Of a DNA stretch of 64,000 bases, positions 48,201 to 57,074 are shown piece after piece. Within the stretch, counting starts at the first letter, position 1; the number at the start of each line of letters is the position of its first letter. Below the pieces are notes generated by a model. That model worked only from the letters and a program-made list of their open reading frames with translations, was not told the origin of the DNA and did not search any database. The position numbers and the translations under genes are program-made. Origin of the DNA: a virus (lineage: Duplodnaviria; Heunggongvirae; Uroviricota; Caudoviricetes); the IMG/VR virus record IMGVR_UViG_3300002054_000021, positions 13,864 to 77,863 of that record; one strand, written 5' to 3'.

Positions 48201-50368
48201 TAATTACAGAGGTTCAAGGACCTGTCACTCAATTAGTTAAATGTGGTGATGATTTCCTAGATTTAGCAGGAAATGTAGTTGCTGCTCCAGCAGAATATCT
48301 TCCTTGTGGAGTTTATGAATACTTAAATGGATTTGAATCTGGCGGCGGAATTACGGTAACAGACAATGAAGACGGATCTTATACTATCTGTAATGACACA
48401 GAGTGTGTCACAATTGATATTTGTGCTGATATTGCCAGTTATTGTGGATCAACAGGAGGTGTTGATACATTTGGAGCAGTTGTAAATGCTACTGCGGCAA
48501 TCACTACTACAAACGGTGTTAGTGTTGCAATTGGTGAAGATTATATAGAGTTCCCAGACGGGACAACATGGTCTAACGCTATTTGGACAGTAGAGTCGTT
48601 CTCTACGGACACTACTACAACAGGTGTAAATGACGTACATCACAGGTTCGCCGCATCAGCAACAGCTCCAGTAACGCTAACCATTGGCGGTGCAGGCATT
48701 TACAATCCTGTAGGAAGTAGAAAGCAAATAAGCAATAATAATCCAACTCATGCTGTAACAGTTGTTGTTGATGGATTTGATCTGCTTGACTATGCTCAAG
48801 ATACTAACGGGCCAGTTTCATCATTAACAATTAACGCTGGTGAGACATATGAACTAACAAAAAATGCTGGAGAAAGATGGACTGTTACAGGTAAATACCC
48901 TGATAATAGCGGTGAGGTCTTAGTATCCGCAAATTCATTTACGTCTACGAACAATGAAAATGTAAACATTGGTGATGAATATATTTCATTCCCTAACGGA
49001 GACACATGGTTTTCACCTGATGTTCTTCCGCCTATTGGGTGGGTTGAGCAAACTGTTGGAAATGGTTCGACTGTTAATGGTCAAGAAGATATTCACTACA
49101 TTTACACTGATGCAGGCGGCATAGTAAACTTCAACTCTACTGGAACACCTAACTCAAGATGGCAGATAACCAATAACGGAACTGGGGCTGCAACATTTGA
49201 TGGCTCTGGAATACCTATAGTAAACGCACCAGATGGAGATGAGTTTACTCTGGAAGTGGGTCAGTCAGCATTGTTGATGACTACGTCAACTGGGCAGAAT
49301 CAAATACTAAATATTTGGCCTGATAGTGGTGCTTGGACATTTGGAGACTTTAACTCAGCCACACAATTAACTGATGGACTTGGAGATAAGGTTTGGAGGT
49401 TTAATGCAGGTGTAGCTACACCAATTAACTCTACTTTAACTATAGACAGAAACGCTCATGCATCAGGTCAGAGGTTAGTGGTTATTAACAATCATAGTGA
49501 TCCATCCTCTATTCTCACTCTTGCAATTAATAACGGGGGTGAGTTCAGTGACACTGGTTCTGGCGGCATCACAGTCCCGACTATATCTATCGCCACAGGT
49601 GAGAGATACACATTAGTTAGAAATACTGGAGGTTTTTGGACGGTCACAAGCAAGTACCCTGAATCGGGTGCAAGCTCAGGTGGCGGCTCTATCGTAGAGG
49701 GATCTTTTACAGGCACCGCTAACCAAACACAGAATTTTGGTAATTTTGCACAGAACTGGTTTGATTTTGACCTTTTATTCCAAACGTCAACAGGGCAAGG
49801 GCAGCGAAGCGCATTAATTTTGGAAGATGGGCAATCTCAGCTTAGACACTTCACTGGAGTCGCTGGTGTTGAAAGCACGTTGAACATGCAGGATTCGTTT
49901 AGTCAGCTTCAATACAACACAGGTGGTCAGGTATCATCGTGGCGTGTTGATGCAGATGGGCTTGTGTTGGTAACAGGAGGCGGCGATTTAAGAGTTAATT
50001 TCAATGCAGGTACTTCAGGCCAACAACTTACTTCCCAAGGGGCAGGAAATGCACCTATATGGGGCGCGGCTTCTGATAAACGAGTTAAGAAGAATATTAA
50101 AACATTAACCGATACAACTAATCGCTTGTCGGGCATTCGTGGTGTTTCATTCGAATATAAGAATGATGGCGCTAAAACATACGGCGTTATTGCTCAAGAA
50201 GTTGAGGTCGATAATCCTGACTTAATACAGGAACAAGAAAACGGAAGTATTAAAGACTTCAAAACTGTAGACTATAACGGCATTACAGCCCTTCTTGTTG
50301 AGGAAGTTAAGTCTCTTCGCGAAGATTTGAAAGCAGCTCAGAATGAAATCAAGAAGTTAAAGAATTAA
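42263..50368 (+). CDS. giant fibre/spike protein with C-terminal peptidase S74 intramolecular chaperone
   Basis: 2701 aa; C-terminus ASDKRVKKNIK...IRGVSFEYK...YGVIAQEVE....LI...TVDYNGITALLVEEVK plus coiled coil. Confidence 0.85.
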   Translation: MSKCDNTCGTKIIEINNTTVDITNLSENDITNLLNQFNFTDLTAEQCQDIFQCIINNGTIQQFVEFLQKLDFSQMTAQQCADILACIDFTNLTPIQCQAILDCIITNITPAQITELTNVIDFTTLINNLTPTEQAALCQAIIDAGCDLTELIDFTQLSTQQQTDLTNLIESLNLTLLTVTAGATAAAGDNSNGQEVVSIGDTIHFWSSDDTIDINVSAGSAIVDLTVDPISHPEGSLVSCLEDSPLLNNDGGSPNSYQYTTTFTPHITGEYDLNYSVGSFSGGGSDPSFFINVGTSAGASDVFNGGGTRSLQSSPSVTTTITLTQNVEYFFTGLAGGGSIAGDITSCISQKGLSQFIETATESTELWATCIDCYTQNAGISTQGNPVGGGGFATNEFNPTLGVFTITPTANIAVPEFFKIRIEDASDGDQPLEISISGSDGSSATATGVGPQSFDNGMVDFSIAFGFVFQAGVTYTFTPSTVNTLPAGDVVTMFAVENSNSDPIDFLSDSSDGAGGNIPELVPEIIIIAESDTTAKVITLSDNSLKFYDESLVEISGLTSVPPAWQRCGLTDVEQSEVNELIQELVPDNINLNTYISTNFTLNPVNNTDIATRTHTWTGSSPVNGTVTIPASEDPSRERFWVINDSPNGTDLVIDASALPTGLDDGSPSIIPAGCKADISYGEFGDKAYVHLTCGEGVLADYNTPSVICKLLIFDPVSNGEQTGIASLDGPIPPNQDHYLMYTLESKDTRFVGSHPSANKNLVGVYWDGANWLVEQSSAGSDAVFTPVDTDVLVSEILTTGTPTAIAVAGNVNGIQSVENNGGLLFAANQFNGAANTGEIDIIGGQLDTGVVEKSYLQLDGTYLLPDGSFQSVSDVVADNWIVCSDEDLDNSGVVTTAVTALTTTNGVNINIGDDYIEFPDGTTWATGSASASGVNSVIGEHVDNTDSSNPIVKTWIKEECFLEAQLPVAAIASSFYDNRIATTGQTLTAEGSHIGFVGEEFRVDLSDFTAPLIADQVNNDWYLRQVILDRTGAPFNASNTFNLSLISSDGTIKGTSANASLANVGPTIFNFTQAQNLKVEDGDYWRFGGGANFQGQISSVPDIDGRWETTGDDPSLSGGPFQGAAEDLDAGDALPMSFAFEQVGLIPRILRTYDDGSLYQIDKTTNTATLVVSIPTNWVEISCDQDITVTGEHVSQEGLNIDVKTWIKEECYDEAVFTLASDASGASGGDTTIAAVLGQGNGGQWTVPAGTTYNTVDGFGNHFHGGVDGVVDWQITNTTTGQIINAVTNYIAADGTIGGVDGGLNVGQTGPYTFLPSPLFVSAGDVVNFVITSDTTGANWRRSQPLGTVNDADWAWLLTGQVNKPSFALYSNDPNQHVVRTYNDGSIFEVNKTTNTVSEVTSIPTSWNKSSCLTDDEVSQINDLIESAIDDSSISTQFRKVCFSPTDTFIAKSTIYEHYTLEDEVFISLGYSSSNIYNSANLVDITTLDGGGSVSVGECPCCHLDYSNISIYNAFAAAGTITGTGKANSSNPNISFNPAVGATQVETIEFFSPVNNKFIDVEASVTRVSGSGDLVFNTAISRWTLSSPAAVFDLTMKVVDSKFGIDADIDWSFSVSSVGGGDLVNFVTPIDDYIQNAGAPNLTLPYTGNWSNGNNNASSSMRMSGYNEVSLRFTTANAVNFTMSMALLSGPSIEEFDTCSLTGTDSWKSFVSRLEDSGNSCTPVDCVEVLGDPVQIIEVAGEMTLQRAYNVVTTFVDMTSDSTLLTADVDKTAQASALATHLQGLAGVVGVVTAVGETVEISAPAGQGTVSSVRFEVAPLELNFRDSDSPVETVLDTTWTQTDVATGQVVEVTFGTADALSGPTSGNGVVMRNQIAGVVGNITTSGGLVPTRMRSQFNDLDFGAGTEEQMSFNPTPTSADVVNGSGSLTGNVFISDVSNTDVSIFSDGNNIQFDVLSDMSSNRGIGVRQVQLFWDYDAVITEVQGPVTQLVKCGDDFLDLAGNVVAAPAEYLPCGVYEYLNGFESGGGITVTDNEDGSYTICNDTECVTIDICADIASYCGSTGGVDTFGAVVNATAAITTTNGVSVAIGEDYIEFPDGTTWSNAIWTVESFSTDTTTTGVNDVHHRFAASATAPVTLTIGGAGIYNPVGSRKQISNNNPTHAVTVVVDGFDLLDYAQDTNGPVSSLTINAGETYELTKNAGERWTVTGKYPDNSGEVLVSANSFTSTNNENVNIGDEYISFPNGDTWFSPDVLPPIGWVEQTVGNGSTVNGQEDIHYIYTDAGGIVNFNSTGTPNSRWQITNNGTGAATFDGSGIPIVNAPDGDEFTLEVGQSALLMTTSTGQNQILNIWPDSGAWTFGDFNSATQLTDGLGDKVWRFNAGVATPINSTLTIDRNAHASGQRLVVINNHSDPSSILTLAINNGGEFSDTGSGGITVPTISIATGERYTLVRNTGGFWTVTSKYPESGASSGGGSIVEGSFTGTANQTQNFGNFAQNWFDFDLLFQTSTGQGQRSALILEDGQSQLRHFTGVAGVESTLNMQDSFSQLQYNTGGQVSSWRVDADGLVLVTGGGDLRVNFNAGTSGQQLTSQGAGNAPIWGAASDKRVKKNIKTLTDTTNRLSGIRGVSFEYKNDGAKTYGVIAQEVEVDNPDLIQEQENGSIKDFKTVDYNGITALLVEEVKSLREDLKAAQNEIKKLKN

Positions 50369-50388
50369 TTTATAAATAGGTTTATAAA

Positions 50389-50808
50389 ATGGCAATAACA
50401 ATATCAGGCTGCGGAGATCCGACCCATAGATTGACAGCAACCAAATCTTTAATATCAGGATCTATAGAAAGCGTTGGAGATGTTCTAACTTTTCAGGTAG
50501 CTGTAACTAATGTTGGTACAAGTTCTGTTTCATCTGTCTTAGCATCCGATTCAGTTTCTCCTATAGTGGTTACAAGTGATACAGATGGATTATTTGGCGC
50601 TGGAGCAGTTATTTCTTCAGGATCGTCTTCATCTACAACTTATGAATACACAGTAACTCAAGCTGATGTTGATAACGGGCTTATGAATAATGTGTCTATA
50701 TCAAGTGCGGAAGCCCCTAGTGTTAGTGCAAGAGAGTTTACTCCATCTGGAAGCCCTGTAGTTCCATTGCCTTTAGTTCAAAATGGATCAATAAACGCGA
50801 GTAATTAA
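50389..50808 (+). CDS. single Ig-like domain protein (DUF11/DUF7507-like)
   Basis: LTATKS...VGDVLTFQVAVTNVG...YTVTQADVDNG. Confidence 0.7.
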   Translation: MAITISGCGDPTHRLTATKSLISGSIESVGDVLTFQVAVTNVGTSSVSSVLASDSVSPIVVTSDTDGLFGAGAVISSGSSSSTTYEYTVTQADVDNGLMNNVSISSAEAPSVSAREFTPSGSPVVPLPLVQNGSINASN

Positions 50809-50809
50809 A

Positions 50810-52261
50810 ATGACAAATCATATACACAATATATCATTCGATACATTTACAACATGCTCATCTACAGATTTAGTATCGTTTAATATCGAAATAAGAGATA
50901 CATCTGGAGTCGTGATTGAGTCTTATAATGAAAATAGCTCACTATCAGCAATTGCAGGAGTAACTTATAACCAAAACGCCTTAGGTAATGGATCTCCAGC
51001 AACTCCAGATATTATTATTGACGCGACAGCAACAGATCAAGATTTAGATGTTTATTTTGTAGATTTTACAACTACATGCGCATTAGAGTCTGTGGATAAA
51101 TTCACGCGAATTGTTCAGGATACTGGAGGAGGAAATTCAGGTCCAGATGTAACTCCAAGAGTAATCAAGCCAACGGATGCTGAATCTGGCGGCTTCCTTT
51201 GCCCTCAAGGTGGATTTAATACAACAGGAGATGATATAAGTACGGCTGCAGGTCTGCCTGATAATAGCGGCTCAGTTTCTGTCCTTTTACTTCCTGCAGA
51301 GCTTAATGGTAGGGTTGAGTTTGAGTGGACTCAGCCTGCGGCTGGAACATCAGGCTCTGTTGTTATTGGCGTAACAACACAGCCTTGCCAACCAAATGGG
51401 CTTAGGGATAGAGTAGATTATGGAGTTAATGTTATTTGGAGTACTAATGGCACAGCCTTCTTAAGAGACCCTTTTGAATCTGCGTTTGGAATTGCTCAAG
51501 GTATAGCTTTCGGGTCTACTCCACCTTTTACAATTGTAGATGGAGATATAGTTTCTTGGAGAAGGCAAGGTGTCGGAACGAGCGATATGAGTGTAGACTT
51601 ATATGTGAATGATAATATTGTATACAATTATGGATTAAGAATTTCTGGAGATTTTTACCTTACTATCATGGAAGCTGATGCTGGGCTTAATTTACCGTCT
51701 GTTTGTGGTGTAGTTGACGGCGGACAGGAAGTTGGTGTGGGGAAAGACATAACGATTTTGGAAACAGGCGATTGGGGATGTATAACAGGATCCCCTACCA
51801 TTGTGAGAAATTATATAGGTTTAAACACTGGTGACACAGCTCAGTTCCTTATGTTTGGCTCTGGATTTAATGGGGAAATGATAATTGATATTCCAAGCTT
51901 TGCCCTTTCTGGAGAGTGGGCAATTGGAGCTTCAATTGGCGCAGGATGTATAAATTCTATATCTGGTATAAATTGGGGATTAAGAAGTATTGTTGAGCAA
52001 AGCTCATCTCATTACTATACTTATGACTATTTAATTACAGATGGAACTTTTCCTGTCGGGGCATTTGGTCAAACTCTCAAGAAGATAAGGTACGTTAGGG
52101 ATGGAGTAAATCTTGACTTAATTGTTGAAGGCGACGGCGGGGTGTTTAATTTAGGAACCTATACCGTATCTGCATCTGATGAGATATACTTTAACCTTGT
52201 AGGTATAAGTAATTTATCCAACGTTGAATACTCTAATGCGGTTATAGTTGAATCGCAATGA
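50810..52261 (+). CDS. beta-sandwich (SPRY/lectin-like) structural protein
   Basis: Two related Trp/Gly-rich beta domains (VVIGV...DYG; WAIGA...NWG); fold call tentative. Confidence 0.55.
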   Translation: MTNHIHNISFDTFTTCSSTDLVSFNIEIRDTSGVVIESYNENSSLSAIAGVTYNQNALGNGSPATPDIIIDATATDQDLDVYFVDFTTTCALESVDKFTRIVQDTGGGNSGPDVTPRVIKPTDAESGGFLCPQGGFNTTGDDISTAAGLPDNSGSVSVLLLPAELNGRVEFEWTQPAAGTSGSVVIGVTTQPCQPNGLRDRVDYGVNVIWSTNGTAFLRDPFESAFGIAQGIAFGSTPPFTIVDGDIVSWRRQGVGTSDMSVDLYVNDNIVYNYGLRISGDFYLTIMEADAGLNLPSVCGVVDGGQEVGVGKDITILETGDWGCITGSPTIVRNYIGLNTGDTAQFLMFGSGFNGEMIIDIPSFALSGEWAIGASIGAGCINSISGINWGLRSIVEQSSSHYYTYDYLITDGTFPVGAFGQTLKKIRYVRDGVNLDLIVEGDGGVFNLGTYTVSASDEIYFNLVGISNLSNVEYSNAVIVESQ

Positions 52262-52818
52262 TTGCAAATAATGAATATATAGTTGTCACTCCCCCCAAAA
52301 CAGGCAGCACTTCATTAAATTGTGGTTTAATGGGGACAGATTTTAGAGTCTACATGCCAGTTCACGGTTACAGTGATGAGCACCATCAAAACAATCAGAA
52401 ACCTATACTGCTTGTCAGAGATCCTATAAAAAGGTGGTTGTCAACATATAGGTTTGGACATAAGCTGATAGAAAAGGGTTTTGATAAAGGGCAACTAGCT
52501 AAATCTGTAGTTACTTTAGATTCTTTTGCAGATTGGTTTTTCGAAAAAAGAGACCCTATCAATCTGAATGATAAACGAAATTTACCTTATTATTGGCGTA
52601 TGAGTTTTTCTGAGTATGAGAAAATAATTAAAACAGAAGAATGGATGACACTGCCAGAAGTTACTCAAAAATTAAGTTTAACTTTAGTTCATACAAATAA
52701 AAATGATAAATATAAGTTAGAATTTGATGACGTTCCTTCTAGAATACAGAAAAAAGTCATAGAGTGGGCTAAACCTGATTATGAACGCAGAGAGTGTTAT
52801 AAATATATTAATGTATAA
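52258..52818 (+). CDS. sulfotransferase family protein
   Basis: PAPS-binding 5'-PSB PPKTGSTSL and 3'-PB VRDPIKRWLS motifs. Confidence 0.75.
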   Translation: MIANNEYIVVTPPKTGSTSLNCGLMGTDFRVYMPVHGYSDEHHQNNQKPILLVRDPIKRWLSTYRFGHKLIEKGFDKGQLAKSVVTLDSFADWFFEKRDPINLNDKRNLPYYWRMSFSEYEKIIKTEEWMTLPEVTQKLSLTLVHTNKNDKYKLEFDDVPSRIQKKVIEWAKPDYERRECYKYINV

Positions 52819-52839
52819 AAAAATTCAACCACAGGAATA

Positions 52840-53118
52840 GTGATGTCAGAAACTTTATCAACTTTATGCGTACCTTGTGTAGGCGATGGAATAGGCGGTG
52901 TGGACCTATTTTTATCATCAGGAGTACTTGTTGGAGAAACACTTATACTAACAATGTCTGATCAGTCAACTGTCAATATACCATTGACAGGACTAGGTGG
53001 CTCTATTGACTTTAATAATTTAACTGCGGCTCAAAAATCCGCTTTACTTCAATGCGTTCGAGGGGATCTCGTTTGTGACGCATTTTCAAACGATATGGGC
53101 TTTTTAGTCCCTTTATAA
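52840..53118 (+). CDS. small Cys-containing structural-module protein
   Basis: Shares C-terminal CDAF..D.G motif with next gene. Confidence 0.6.
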   Translation: MMSETLSTLCVPCVGDGIGGVDLFLSSGVLVGETLILTMSDQSTVNIPLTGLGGSIDFNNLTAAQKSALLQCVRGDLVCDAFSNDMGFLVPL

Positions 53119-53134
53119 AATAGGAAAAAATAAA

Positions 53135-53836
53135 ATGGCAACTCAAAATGTAGTAGTGGTTGGTAACTTAGGTACTGAATTTGATATTGGTACGGTTACC
53201 GCAAATGCAATCACAATAAAAATTAACGGAACAATAGTTAAGGACGCAACTACTGGAGAATTAGGTGTAGACATAACTGCGCTTGACATTGTCTCTGCTG
53301 ATGCGGGTAATTTACTTACTGTTGGTGCTGATGGCGGAGCGGTATTTAATCAAGCTGCACTTCAAGCAGCTGAAACTGTTTGGGCAGGAACATCTTCTGC
53401 TGACGGATTTATGACTGTAACTCCAGCAGGAACAAATGGTCATGCACCAACATTCTCTTTTGATTACTCAAATGCTGACTTCTGTGAAGGAATTCAAGAC
53501 TGTGTTGGTCAAGCTATATTAGCTGGTGCAGGTGTCACATATGATGATGTCGCTAATTCAATTAGTTCGGCACTAGGAAGTCTTACATTTGGTGATGGTT
53601 TAACAACGACTGGAACAACGAGTGTCGCGGTACTTCCAGATCCTGCATCTCCGAATACTGTATCCGTTTCTGCAGCTGGCGTTTCTGTAACATCTGTTGC
53701 AAGTACTGATACGGACAATATTCTTACCATTGGAACTGATGGTAGACCTCTTGTAACTGAGGCTGCTGTGACGGATTTGGCAACAATTGACTTATGCGAC
53801 GCTTTCGGAGTCGATCTTGGAACAATCTTCCCATAA
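53135..53836 (+). CDS. fibre-like structural protein
   Basis: Thr/Ala/Gly-rich; N-terminus paralogous to 54778..55641. Confidence 0.7.
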   Translation: MATQNVVVVGNLGTEFDIGTVTANAITIKINGTIVKDATTGELGVDITALDIVSADAGNLLTVGADGGAVFNQAALQAAETVWAGTSSADGFMTVTPAGTNGHAPTFSFDYSNADFCEGIQDCVGQAILAGAGVTYDDVANSISSALGSLTFGDGLTTTGTTSVAVLPDPASPNTVSVSAAGVSVTSVASTDTDNILTIGTDGRPLVTEAAVTDLATIDLCDAFGVDLGTIFP

Positions 53837-53844
53837 TTTAAGTT

Positions 53845-54651
53845 TTGAGCAAAGGGATGGTTAAAAATTGCAAACACTGTGAAAAAGAATTTCACGCAAA
53901 CAATGTGTGTCAGATTTACTGCAATAAAGAATGCAGGGATGCATTTTACAATAAACGGGCTAGGGGTAATAATTTTACACCCATTGAAGTAAATTGTCTT
54001 AATTGCGGAGATAAATTCACTCCAAAAAGCACAGCTGTGCATTGCTCTAAAAAATGTGCGTTACAATATTGTCATAATGTTAGCGTAGGGCACATCGAAA
54101 AAGATAAAAACGATTGCAAGTTTTGCAATAAAGATATAACTCACAAAAGAGTAGATGCGAAGTATTGCGGCTCATCTTGTAAAATTAAAGATAGGGCAAA
54201 AAATAAAACACTAAACTGCTCAATGTGCGAATCTGAATTTACAAAAGTCGGCAACAAGACAACTTGTTCTGATGAATGTAGAGATGAGAAGCGAAGAATA
54301 GCTCACAGAGAGCGATCTAGGCGTCATTACATTAAAGTGAGAGCAGGAACACCAGAAGGCATTATTAAAGACAGGTTAAGAACTAGATTTTATAACGCCC
54401 TTAAGGGAGAAACTAAATCTGCTTCCACAGAAGAATTATTAGGATGCACGATTGCGCAAGCAAAGTCGCATCTTGAATCTCAATTCTTAGAAGGTATGAG
54501 CTAGGATAATACTTTTGAGTGGCATATAGATCACATAAAACCATGTTCATCTTTTGACTTAACAAAAGAAGATCAGCAGAGAGAGTGTTTTAATTACATT
54601 AATCTTCAACCATTATGGGCTTTTGATAATTTAAGTAAGGGTCCAAGGTAA
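53845..54651 (+). pseudogene. zinc-finger-array HNH endonuclease interrupted by in-frame TAG (54502-54504)
   Basis: CxxC...CS..C repeats; reading through TAG gives GMS*DNTFEWHIDHIKPCSSFDL...CFNYINLQPLWAFDNLSKG, where this family normally has GMSW.N. Confidence 0.8.
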
Positions 54652-54777
54652 TTAATTCTCTATTGATATTGACTTATCAATAATTCGTGGTATAAATAAT
54701 ATACAATAAAAATAAATTTTTCGCATCTTCGTATATGCGCAATTAAATCCAAAAATTTTTACAAGAGGGGCTATTAA

Positions 54778-55641
54778 ATGGCGACGGAAAATGTAGTCAC
54801 AGTTCCCAATCTTGGAAATGAGTTTGATTTAGGCGTTCAGGAAGCTAGTAAAATAACATTAAAGTTAGGAGATAATCTCTCTAAAGCTGCAGATGGGACA
54901 ATAAACGCTTCTATTTCTGGATCTGGTGCATTAAGCACATCTTCATCTCAGATATATGTTGAACAATATTTTGGAAAGTCTCAAAATGGGACGACACAAT
55001 CTAGTTCTAGAAACTTAACAATGACCAGAACAGCGGTAGGTAGATGGACTATCGCTTTTTCAACAGCACACCCAGATGGAATTAATTATCATGCAAGTAT
55101 AACCGCAGAAGAACAGGGAAATTTAAGGGACACGCCAGACATAACCGTTGTTCAAGGATCTCCAACTGCTAACGGTTTTAATATTCAAATAACTACTGGT
55201 GACAACGGCGGAGGTGCAGACGCTTATGTTGATACGCCTTTTACTATAAGTATAGCCTCTCCAATATCTGTAATTACTTCAGTTACATTGGATTCTGTAC
55301 CTTCTGGATTGGGAATACCTTCATTGCCATCTACATCTGGAGAAGTAGTTAGTGATAATTTTCAAGATGGTAATGGTAACGCTCCATTTAATCTTCAGAT
55401 AAGAAGTACAGTTAATATGGATAATGACTGGGAAGCACTTATAGAAAACGTTCCATATGGAACAATACCTTCAGTTAGTAATGGAAGTTACACTCTGGAG
55501 ACTCTTGATAATGGTGATGGAACATTTGATCATTTGTTCAGAGGAACTTCGCCCATAATAGCATTCCAAACTATTGCGATAACTGGAGGAATTCCAACTC
55601 CATCTGGAAGCGGGACGGGCTTAAGTCTGTACTCATCATAA
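54778..55641 (+). CDS. fibre/receptor-binding-like structural protein
   Basis: MATENVVTVPNLGNEFDLG N-terminus; RTAVGRWTIAFS..HP beta module. Confidence 0.7.
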   Translation: MATENVVTVPNLGNEFDLGVQEASKITLKLGDNLSKAADGTINASISGSGALSTSSSQIYVEQYFGKSQNGTTQSSSRNLTMTRTAVGRWTIAFSTAHPDGINYHASITAEEQGNLRDTPDITVVQGSPTANGFNIQITTGDNGGGADAYVDTPFTISIASPISVITSVTLDSVPSGLGIPSLPSTSGEVVSDNFQDGNGNAPFNLQIRSTVNMDNDWEALIENVPYGTIPSVSNGSYTLETLDNGDGTFDHLFRGTSPIIAFQTIAITGGIPTPSGSGTGLSLYSS

Positions 55642-55642
55642 C

Positions 55643-56206
55643 ATGTCAAAAACATTATATTTAAGAACTGGTCCGTTAATTGATGGCGTAAGATCTAAAG
55701 AGCCTTACAACTTTCCAGAGTTAGATGACGTTGAGTTATTTATAGAGAAAAAACCTCTATATGAATACAGAGATATATGGGCAGAAGAGTCTTCTTCATG
55801 CACATCAGGTTCTGCAGAATGGTCATTTGGTAATGGAGCTACTGGTTATATGGGACTCCCAATAGATAAAGGTTGGGAGGTTATAGGTTTAGGATTTCAT
55901 GCTGATACATTTTCATCTGGAGCTTCTATTACAGTTGATTTAATGGATTACAGTGGCGTTGCATCCAACGCTGCATCTAATACTATTTCATCTATATCAT
56001 TAATAAATGAAAAAGATGGAGGTGGATCTAAGGATAATGCTTACAAGTATGTAAATATAAAGCCCGTTGATGTCTCGCTGGATAAAGATACAGTTCTATT
56101 GGGTTTTATAACTAGAAACTTAAAGGGGTCTATATCTGATGCCAGAGTGTACGCTAGGTTAAGAAGAAAGATTGGCGAATATGTATCTGAAGTGTCATTA
56201 TCATAG
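55643..56206 (+). CDS. hypothetical structural-module protein
   Basis: Coupled ORF, beta-rich. Confidence 0.65.
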   Translation: MSKTLYLRTGPLIDGVRSKEPYNFPELDDVELFIEKKPLYEYRDIWAEESSSCTSGSAEWSFGNGATGYMGLPIDKGWEVIGLGFHADTFSSGASITVDLMDYSGVASNAASNTISSISLINEKDGGGSKDNAYKYVNIKPVDVSLDKDTVLLGFITRNLKGSISDARVYARLRRKIGEYVSEVSLS

Positions 56207-56304
56207 GGTAAATATATAAAAACATTAATTCACGATTAAATTAAAAAAAACTTTAAAATTTTATATTTCAACTTCGCTTATGCGATTTTATTAAGGGTGA
56301 CTTA

Positions 56305-56742
56305 ATGACAAAAAAAATAACAGATGATTCTACTAAAACTAGCACAGCTTTGTTTTGGTCGAGATTAAGGTCTGGCATGGCGATAATGAGTGAAGGATTT
56401 TTTCTCATTTTATTTCTAGCGTTTATGGCTTGGCAGTTCAATCTTTTTCCAGTTTTCGGAAAATTAGTTGAGAATAGATTAAAGCAAATAGAGCTTATAG
56501 AGGAAGTTAGCCTTAATTCTGAATTTAGAAAATGTTGGCCGCGAGGAACTTGTGATGGGATAGTTCAACTTCCTATAGATGAGAAGCAAAATGAAGCTAT
56601 TGAAAGACTTCATATATATATGCAAGTTGTAGATGATTATATTAGATTTGATTGCCAAAAAAATAGAGACAAGGGAGATGATAGCTACGACTGTAAGTCT
56701 TATAACGTAGGTTATTATTATGGCGGAGAATCTAAGAATTAA
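56305..56742 (+). CDS. single-TM membrane protein (possible holin/antiholin-type)
   Basis: One TM (GFFLILFLAFMAWQF) plus Cys-containing soluble domain, near lysis genes. Confidence 0.5.
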   Translation: MTKKITDDSTKTSTALFWSRLRSGMAIMSEGFFLILFLAFMAWQFNLFPVFGKLVENRLKQIELIEEVSLNSEFRKCWPRGTCDGIVQLPIDEKQNEAIERLHIYMQVVDDYIRFDCQKNRDKGDDSYDCKSYNVGYYYGGESKN

Positions 56743-56747
56743 ACCCA

Positions 56748-57074
56748 ATGGCAAGTCAAGATTGGAGAAAGACTAGGCAATACCGTATCTGGTCCGCAAG
56801 AGTTAAGCGTAGGGATAAAATTTGCCAAATAATTGGCTGTGGTAGAAGAAAAAATGGACACGCACACCATATAAGAAATGCGCATCATAGTCCAGATTTA
56901 AAATTTGATGAAGATAATGGTATAAGATTGTGTTCAAGGTGCCACTGGATGGTGCATAATGTAGTTAGGCCAAGTTATAGATATAAAACAGGCCCAGAAC
57001 ACATTGCAATACTTCAAGCCATATCAGTAATGGTTTCAAAATTACCAGAGAAACCATCTTTTTATAAAAAATAA
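56748..57074 (+). CDS. small HNH endonuclease
   Basis: RDKICQ..GC...HAHHI...NGIRLCSRCHWMVH. Confidence 0.82.
   Translation: MASQDWRKTRQYRIWSARVKRRDKICQIIGCGRRKNGHAHHIRNAHHSPDLKFDEDNGIRLCSRCHWMVHNVVRPSYRYKTGPEHIAILQAISVMVSKLPEKPSFYKK

Noticed and set aside
53845-54651. Genome-wide TAG recoding (alternative genetic code)
   Set aside because: Several clear genes end at TAG in the right place (dnaB 26044, scaffold 39338, 56206, 63803) and long ORFs are intact under the standard code
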